Assembly (NCBI GenBank): GCA_038087875.1
Contig: JAXLNO010000310.1
Coordinates: 1-57,837 of the forward strand
Length of the DNA stretch: 57,837 nucleotides
DNA from: Malacoraja senta
Lineage: Eukaryota
Direction of reading: 5' to 3'
The notes beneath the pieces were generated by a model, which saw only the letters and a program-made list of their open reading frames with translations, was not told the DNA's origin and did not search any database. The position numbers were made by a program, and so were the translations under genes. This document shows positions 50,144-57,837 of this stretch, in pieces (the stretch's first letter is position 1; each line of letters begins with the position of its first letter).

Positions 50144-51968
50144 ACAATTTTACGTTGATACCAAAGTCAATTAACCTGCAAATCTGCACGTCTTTGGAGT
50201 GTGGGAGGAAACCGGAGCACATGCAGAAAACCCCACAGGTCTCTGACGCTGCGAGGCAGCAACTCCACCGCTGCGCCACCGCGCCCGGCCAGACGGAAAC
50301 GTGTGACTAAAGTGAATCTTCACACCGATTTAATGAATCTTTCACGTATTGTGACTGAGGTTGGCATCTCTCCTTTGCTTATGTAAACACAACTGTTCCT
50401 CTGGGATAATTGCCAACGCAATGTAGAGAACAATATGGAGTCACTGAGTGACGTCTACGGAGGGAAACAAGGAGTGAGTGTGATGTGTTTGCCTTTTGAG
50501 AGGCAACACAGATGTGATGTTTTCAATGCAATAAATTCTCACCTCGGTGATAATGTTGGTGTGTGGACCACACTTGATAATAGTCAACCAGCCGTGTTAC
50601 TTCCGGGTATTTGTAGCTCTTTTCAAACCTGAATGAAAGGCATTTGGGCATTTGGTCACGGTGGCGCAGCGGTGGAGTTGCTGCCTTACAGCGCTTGCAG
50701 CGCCAGAGACCCGGGTTCCATCCCGACTACGGGTGCTGTCTGTACGGAGTTTGTACGTTTCCCCGCGTGACCTGCGTGGGTTTTTCTCCGAGATCTTCAG
50801 TTTCTCACCCGCACTCCAAAGACGTACAGGTTTAGATAATAGATGATAGACAATAGGTGCAGGATAGGCCATTCGGCCCTTCGAGCCAGCACCGCCATTC
50901 AATGTGATCACGGCTGATCATCCCCAATCAGTACCCCGTTCCTGCCTTCTCCCATATCCCCTGACTCCGCTATCTTTAAGAGCCCTATCTTGCTCTCTCT
51001 TGGAAGCATCCAGAGAACCGACCTCACCGTCTCTGAGGCGGAGGATTCCACAGACTTGTAGGTTAATTGGCTTGGTGTAAATGTAAATTGTCGCTAGTGT
51101 GTGTAGGATAGTGTTAGTGTGTGCTGGGTATCGCTGGTCGGCGCGGACTCGTGGGCCGTAGAGCCTATTTCCTGCTGCATCTCTAAACGTCAAGGGGATA
51201 TGGGGAGAAGGCAGGAACGGGGTACTGATTGGGGATGATCAGCCATGATCACATTGAATGGCGGTGCTGGCTCGAAGGGCTGAATGGCCTACTCTGCACC
51301 TATTGTCTATTGTCTATAACTAAACTAAACTAAACTAAATTAAAACATAAACCAACATGTTTTAAGAAACATTTAGACAGGTACATTGATTGACACAGAA
51401 TGCTGGAGTAACTCAGCGGGACAGGCGGTATCTCTGGAGAGAAGGGATGGGTGATGTTTCAGGTCGAAACTCTTTTTCTGAAGGAGGGTCTCGACCTGAA
51501 ACGTCACCCACTCCTTCTCTCCAGAGATGACGCCCGTCTCGCTGAGTTAAACTAAACTAATGATAGACAAAAATGCTGGAAAACTCAGCGGGTGAGGCAG
51601 CATCTATGGAGCGAAGGAATAGGTGCCCTTTGGGTCTTGACCCGAAACGTCACCTATTCCTTCGCTGCCTCACCCGCTGAGTTTCTCCAGCATTTTATCC
51701 ACTTTTTATCCATTCATCCATTTTAAAACAGTTTTTATCCACGAGTAGTTGCTCTACTCAACAGCCATAAATCTCTAGCCTCCCTTTTGATCTGGTATTT
51801 TGTTGGTCCACATGCTTGATCAATGGTGTTTTATCATTAATGTTTTAATATTATTAATGTTTAGTGTTTTCTGAGTCATTCGTAATTGTCACTGTATGTC
51901 ATGTTGTTACTTGTGGGCGGAGCACCAAGGTATATTCCTTGTATGTGAATATTTGGCCAATAAACTTA

Positions 51969-52375
51969 AGGACCTGTCCCACTTGCATGCGATTGCATGC
52001 GTCTGGCGCGACCAAACGTGGTCGCTTGAGGCGTACGGCCGCGCGGGGCCAGGTCCCACTTCGATGCGCGGAGGCGTATGGAGTTGTGCGGGGCTGGTCC
52101 CGACATCGCGCAGGGCTTCCGAATATCCCACACTGTCCGAAAATTCCGCGCGCCAATGGCCTGTCGGCCCGCAGGTGCATTGAGGGTCTACGTATCGTCT
52201 TGACGGCATACGCAGCGTCTTGACAGCATACGCCTTGCGCGATGACGTCACCGCCCGACGTCGTGCGACGCCCAATTCAGTCGGCCCGCCTGCTGCCCAG
52301 CGAACTTAGCGCGAACACTCCGCTTCCGTTTGGTTGCGCCAAATGCATGCAGTCGCATGCAGTGGGACAGGCCCT
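51969..52375. mobile_element. PIF/Harbinger-like MITE, interior type C (very CpG-rich)
   Basis: TIR AGGACCTGTCCCACTTGCATGCGATTGCATGC / GCATGCAGTCGCATGCAGTGGGACAGGCCCT; TTA on both sides, inside a (CTTA)n tail. Confidence 0.8.
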
Positions 52376-53499
52376 TTACTTACTTACTTACTTACATTTT
52401 TGTCTACCTTCGATTTTTCCAGCATCTGCAGTTCTTTCTTAAACTAAACTAATCATTGCCGTAGCGGGCCGACCAGACCCAGACGCAATACTTCAAATGC
52501 GGTCGAACCGAGGTCCTACATAGCTGCAGGAAATTGCGATGATTGGGACAGATTTGCAAAAGCTGGCAATTACCCACTTGGTCTTTGTATCGTTGTATGA
52601 TTACACGTTTCATGAAATGTCACAACATCAGTGAAGCGACTTCAACAGTCGGTCTAGATCCCAGTAATTGACTTAGTGTGGTGACACAAAGTATATTATT
52701 CTGGTCTTCAGTGCAGCCTACAAAAATAACACAGTAATTACCACTGACATTTCAGCTCTGAACGGGTTAAGAGTTACAGTAAATGCCGTCAATTGTAGCA
52801 AAGACTGGTACGGTATTCTCTGAAATTATCTGTGTGCTTGTTTAAGAAAGAACTGCAGATGCTGGAAAAATCGAAGGAGACAAAAATGCTGGAGAAACTC
52901 AGCGGGTGAGGCAGCATCTATGGAGGGAAGGAATAGGTGACGTTTCGGGTCGAGACCGTTCTTCAGACTGATGTGAGGGTGGGGGCGGGAAGAAGAAAGG
53001 AAGAGGCGGAGACAGTGGCTGTGGGAGAGCTGGGAAGGGGAGGGGAAGGAGGAGAAAGCAGGGACTACCTGAAATTGGAGAAGTCAATGTTCATACCGCT
53101 GGGGTGTAAACTACCCAAGCGAAATATGAGGTGCGGCTCTCCAATTTGCGGTGGGACTCACTCTGGCCATGGAGGAGGCCCAGGACAGAAAGGTCGGATT
53201 CAGAGGAGAAGATGCATGGAGCAGAATATAGTTGTCAGCGCTGTACTGCCGCACAACAGTGGTAGCATGGGTCAGTCACACTGAGGGCTTCAGTAACGCC
53301 CCAGAGATACCACTCTTCCAGTCTAACGCCGCGCTTGGTCTTCCCACGCCATCTGTCCTTTTAGCCTCTCCAAATGAGAATGCCAGATCATGCCGATCGA
53401 TGCCAAACTCTCGTTGTCTTGCTCCCTGTCAGGTGGGAATAGCTTTGAAGTTGCTTGAGCTCGAAGTGAAAAGGAAAGAGATTGATTTCTGCTGCATTG

Positions 53500-54355
53500 T
53501 GTTTAAGAAGGAACTGCAGATGCTGGAAAATCGAAGGTACACAAAAGTGCTGGAGAAACTCAGCAGGCGAGGCAACATCTATGGAGCGAAGGAAATTGGC
53601 AACGTTTCGGGCCGAAACCCTTTCATCAGACTGATGTGAAGGTGTGGGGGAGCGGAAGGACAAAGGAAGAGGAGGAGCCCGAGGGCTGAGGGAGAGCTGA
53701 GAAGGGGAGGAGACAGCAAGGGCTACCGGAAATTGGAGAGTCAATGTTCATGCCACTAGGGTGCAGACTACCCAAGCGGAATATGAGATGCTGCTCCTCC
53801 AATTTACAGCGGGACTCACTCTGGCCATGGAGGAGGCCCAGGACAGAAAGGTCGGATTCGGAATGGGAGGGGGAGTTGAAGTGCTGAGCCACCGGGAGGT
53901 CAGGTTGGTTATTGCGGACCGAGCGGAGGTGTTCGGCGAAACGATCGCCAAGCCACCGCTTGGTCTCACCGATGTAGATCAGCTGACATCTAGAGCAGCG
54001 GATGCAATAGATGAGGTTGGAGGAGGTGCAGGTGAACCTCTGTCGCACCTGGAACGACTGCTTGGTCATTGAATGGAGTCGAGGGGGGAGGTAAAGCGAC
54101 AAGTGTAGCATCTCTTGCGGTTGCAAGGGAAAGTGCCCGGGGAGGGGGTGGTACGGGAGGGAAGGGAAGAATTGACAAGGGAGTTACGGAGGACGGTCTT
54201 TGTGGAAAGCAGACATGGGGGGAGATGGGAAGATGTGGCGAGTGGTGGGGTCACGTTGGAGGTGGCGAAACTGACGGAGGACTATTTGTTGTATGTGCCA
54301 GCTGATGGGGTGAAAGGTGAGGACTAGGGGGACTCTGCCCTTGTTACCAGTGGGG
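53500..54355 (-). mobile_element. Penelope-like element 3' portion (Cys linker + GIY-YIG endonuclease + terminal repeat)
   Basis: PGTFPCNRKRCYTC (54066-54254), then FTCTSSNLIYCIRCSRCQLIYIGETKR...RFAEH...VAQHFN...EEQHLIFRLGSLHPSGMN (53626-54126). Confidence 0.9.
53595..53635 (-). ncRNA. Minimal type I hammerhead ribozyme-like motif in the Penelope terminal repeat
   Basis: Minus strand AGT-CTGATGA-AA-GGGT-TTCG-GCCC-GAAA-CGTT: conserved core boxes flanking a tetraloop stem II; minimal hammerheads are known in Penelope pLTRs; stem I is weak. Confidence 0.6.
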
Positions 54356-55074
54356 GGATTGTCTTGATTAGTTCTGCTTCTTCATCTTCTTGCGTATGGC
54401 GTGCACAGCCTAAAGTTGGAGGACAACTTGTTCTATTTGATCTTATTTGATTGTGCACGGCAGGTTGATTGCATTCGTTGAAACAGGGCGGACCAGGTGA
54501 AGGTTGCAATCTCCCACCCTTTGTTTAGTTTAGTTTAGAGATACCGCATGGAAACAGGCCCTTCGGCCCACCGAGTCCGCGCTGACCAGCCATCTCCCGT
54601 TCGCACTAGTTCTATGTTATCCCGCTATCTCGCCCACTCCCCACACTCCCCCACAAATAAATGCCCTCTAACGTTGGCCATTTCCTTACTGGGAACAAGG
54701 TTCTGACTGTCTACCCTATCTTTGCCTCTCATCATTACACTTCAGGTCCCCCCCCTCGATCTCTGATGTTCCAGAGAAAACAATCCTAGTCTCTCTAACC
54801 TCTCCCTGTAGCTGAAACCCTCTAATAAGTTAATGTTATAGGAGCAGAATTAGGCCATTCGGCCCATCAAGTCTACCCCACCATCCGACCTTTCTGTCCT
54901 GGGTCTCCTCCATGGCCAGAGTGAGTCCCACCGCAAATTGGAGGAGCAGCACCTCGTATTTCGCTTGGGTAGTTTACACCCCAGCGGTATGAACATTGAC
55001 TTCTCCAATTTCAGGTAGTCCTTGCTTTCTCCCTCCTTCCCCTCCCCTTCCCAGCTCTCCCACAGCCCACTGTC

Positions 55075-55667
55075 TCATAGAAACATAGAAAATAGGTGCA
55101 GGAGGAGGCCATTCGGCCCTTAGAGCCAGCACCGCCATTCATTGTGATCACGGCTGATCGTCCCCAATCAATAACCCATGCCTGCCTTCTTCCCATATCG
55201 CTTGATTCCACTAGCCCCTAGAGCTCTAACACTCTCTTAAATCCATCCAGTGACTTGGCCTCCACTGCCCTCTGTGGCAGGGAATTCCACAAATTCACAA
55301 CTCTCTAGGTGAAAAAGTGTTTTCTCACCTCAGTCTTAAATGGCCTCCCCTTTATTCTAAGACTGTGGCCCCTGGTTCTGGACTTGCCCAACATTGGGAA
55401 AAAAATTCCTGCATCCAGCTTGTCCAGTCCTTTTATAATTTTATATGTGTCTATAAGATCCACCCTCATTCTTCAAAACTCCAGTGAATACAAGCCTAGT
55501 CTTTTCAATCTATCCTCAAATGACAGTCCCGCCATCCCAGGGATCAATCTCGTGAACCTACGCTGCACTGCCTCAATCACAAGGATGTCCTTCCTCAAAT
55601 TCGGAGACCAAAACTGTACACAATACTCCAGATGTGGTCTCACCAGAGCCCTATACAACTGTAGAAG
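55075..55667 (-). mobile_element. CR1 LINE 3' fragment (further subfamily) inside a Penelope-derived repeat
   Basis: [22 protein letters not shown] in ORF 55473-55811; Penelope-derived sequence at 54885-55075 continues at ~55672. Confidence 0.85.
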
Positions 55668-56067
55668 AAGTTCACAGCCTCTTCCTTTCTTTTTCCCGCC
55701 CTCCCCCACATCAGTCTGAAGAGGGTCTCGACCGTAAACGTCACCTATTCCTTCGCTCCATAGATGTTGTCTCACCCGCTGAGTTTCTCCAGCATTTTTG
55801 TCTACATTCAATCATGGCTGATCTATCTCTCCCTCCTAACCCCATTCTCCTGCCTTCTCCCCAAATCCCCTGACCCCCCATACTAATCAAGAATCTATCT
55901 ATCTCTGACTTAAAAATACCCACTGACTTGGCCTCCACAGCCTTCTGTGGCAATGCATTCCACAGATTCACCACCCTCTGAGTAATCCAGGTAGCATTCT
56001 GGTAAAGTGTAGGAAGAAACTGCAGATGCTGGTTTAAACCGAAGATAGACACAAAATGCTGGAGTTA

Positions 56068-56422
56068 AGGCCCTGTCCCACTGTACGAGGTAATTCACGA
56101 GTTCTCCTGAGTCTTCCCCTGATTCGAACTCGGAGAATGTCCGTAGCAGGTCCGTAAGAGTTCGTGGATGTTTCGTAGCGGCTCGTACGAGTAAAATGTT
56201 TTTTAAAAATTCAACACGAGTATTTTTTTACTCGTGGACATTTTTCACGTGTTGAAAAAACGTCACGAGTTTACCGGAATTCCCGAGTGCCTACCGTTAC
56301 TTGTACGATCCGCTACGAGACATTCACGAACTCCTACGGTCCCGCTACGGACATTCTCCGAGTTCGAATCGGGGAAAACTCGGGAGAACTCTTGAATTAC
56401 CTCGTACAGTGGGACAGGGGCT
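56068..56422. mobile_element. PIF/Harbinger-like MITE, type B-related
   Basis: TIR AGGCCCTGTCCCACTGTACGAGGTAATTCA / TGAATTACCTCGTACAGTGGGACAGGGGCT; flanks TTA/TAA in host GGAG..CTCAGC. Confidence 0.8.
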
Positions 56423-56989
56423 TAACTCAGCGGGACAGGCAGCATCTCTGGAGAGAAGGAATGGGTGGCGTTTGGGGTCGAGACCCTTCTTCAGACTCTG
56501 AAGAAGGGAAGGGGTCTGAAGAAGGGTCTCGACCCCAAACGCCACCCATTCCTTCTCTCCAGAGATGCTGCCTGGTAAACCTCCTCTGCACCCTCTCCAA
56601 AGCTCCCACCTCCTTACAGGATGATCATGACATTATTGTGGTTTGACATTCTTAACCAGCGCTCACACACTATCACAGTCTTATGATTGAAAAAAATATT
56701 CGAGATCTTACAGCCTGGAGTGAGATCCTTTGACCATCATGTTGGTGCCTGCCTTGGAAACAGATATCTGATCACTCCTTTTCTTCTCATCTTTATCTAC
56801 CTCTGTTTAATTTCCTTTTTGTCGAGAGCATTTCCAATTCCTTTACGAATGCTGCAACCAAATCTTTCACGTTGAGCATTTAAACATTCGATAAGTGAAC
56901 AGCATTTTTCTTTTCTGCAGGATCACACTGTAATAATGTGTAAAGACTCATACTGCGGACAGATAGGGCCAGGGGGACAGATCAACTGT

Positions 56990-57790
56990 AGACAGACTCA
57001 CAGCGACACAGAGACACACAGAGACACAGAGACACAGGGACACAGAGACACAGAGACACAGAGACACAGAGACACAGAGACACAGAGACACAGCGACACA
57101 GAGACACAGAGACACAGAGACACAGAGTCACAGACACAGAGACACAGAGACACACAGAGACACAGAGACACAGAGTGACAGAGTCACAGAGACACAGAGA
57201 CACAGATTCACAGTGACAGAGACACAGAGACACAGAGACACAGAGACACAGGGACACAGGGACACAGAGACACAGAGACACAGGGACACAGAGACACAGA
57301 GACACAGAGACACAGATTCACAGTGACAGAGACACAGAGACACAGAGACACAGAGACACAGGGACACAGAGACACAGAGACACAGAGACACAGAGACACA
57401 GAGACACAGAGACACAGAGACACAGGGACACAGAGACACAGAGACACAGAGACACAGACACAGGGACACAGAGACACAGAGACACACAGACACACAGAGT
57501 GACAGAGACACAGGGACACAGAGACACAGGGTCACAGCGACACAGAGACACAGAGACACAGAGTCACAGTCACAGAGACACAGAGACATAGAGACACAGA
57601 GACACAGAGACACAGAGTCACAGTCACAGAGACACAGAGACATAGAGACACAGAGACACAGAGACACAGAGACACAGAGACACACAGACACACAGAGTGA
57701 CAGAGACACAGGGACACAGAGACACAGAGACACAGAGACACAGAGACACAGAGACACAGAGACACAGATACACAGGGACACAGAGACAGA
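56990..57790. repeat. 8-bp tandem repeat (ACACAGAG)n with variant units
   Basis: Directly visible. Confidence 0.95.
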
Positions 57791-57837
57791 TCTCACTAGA
57801 GTCCATGACTCTTACTGAATAATGAAAGGCCCGGATT

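Noticed and set aside
51864..52442. CpG-island promoter or GC-rich coding exon
   Set aside because: The GC-rich block is exactly bounded by TIRs and TTA duplications, so it is a MITE.
53200..53500. ORF 53232-53639 as a host coding exon
   Set aside because: No recognisable motifs, and its 3' part runs into the Penelope terminal repeat.
56936..57806. Cys-rich repetitive ORFs
   Set aside because: Translations of the (ACACAGAG)n repeat.

Overview
Repeat-saturated vertebrate genomic DNA with no recognisable host gene. The repeat inventory (HE1/V-SINE-like tRNA SINEs sharing a 3' tail with CR1 LINEs, several CR1 subfamilies, Rex/Babar, L2, RTE and Penelope-like elements) points to a cartilaginous fish such as a skate or ray; that assignment is inference. 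Almost every ORF in the track is a retrotransposon fragment, an antisense shadow of one, or a simple-repeat artefact. The standout is a 6.3-kb L1-clade element (31127-37404). Its ORF1 lies on the opposite strand from ORF2, head-to-head. ORF1 is boxed by a diverged ~220-bp inverted repeat, one arm of which forms the element's outer end, and the whole insertion is flanked by a perfect 135-bp direct duplication. Also notable: many Penelope-derived fold-back elements carrying minimal hammerhead-ribozyme motifs, a recurring 66-bp tandem array derived from them, four Harbinger-like MITEs with a shared TIR (two at the same site of the same host repeat), hAT- and P/hAT-like MITEs, and a minisatellite born from a CR1 3' UTR. 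Coordinates were read by eye, so edges of degraded fragments are approximate. Many small SINE/LINE scraps are not listed individually.
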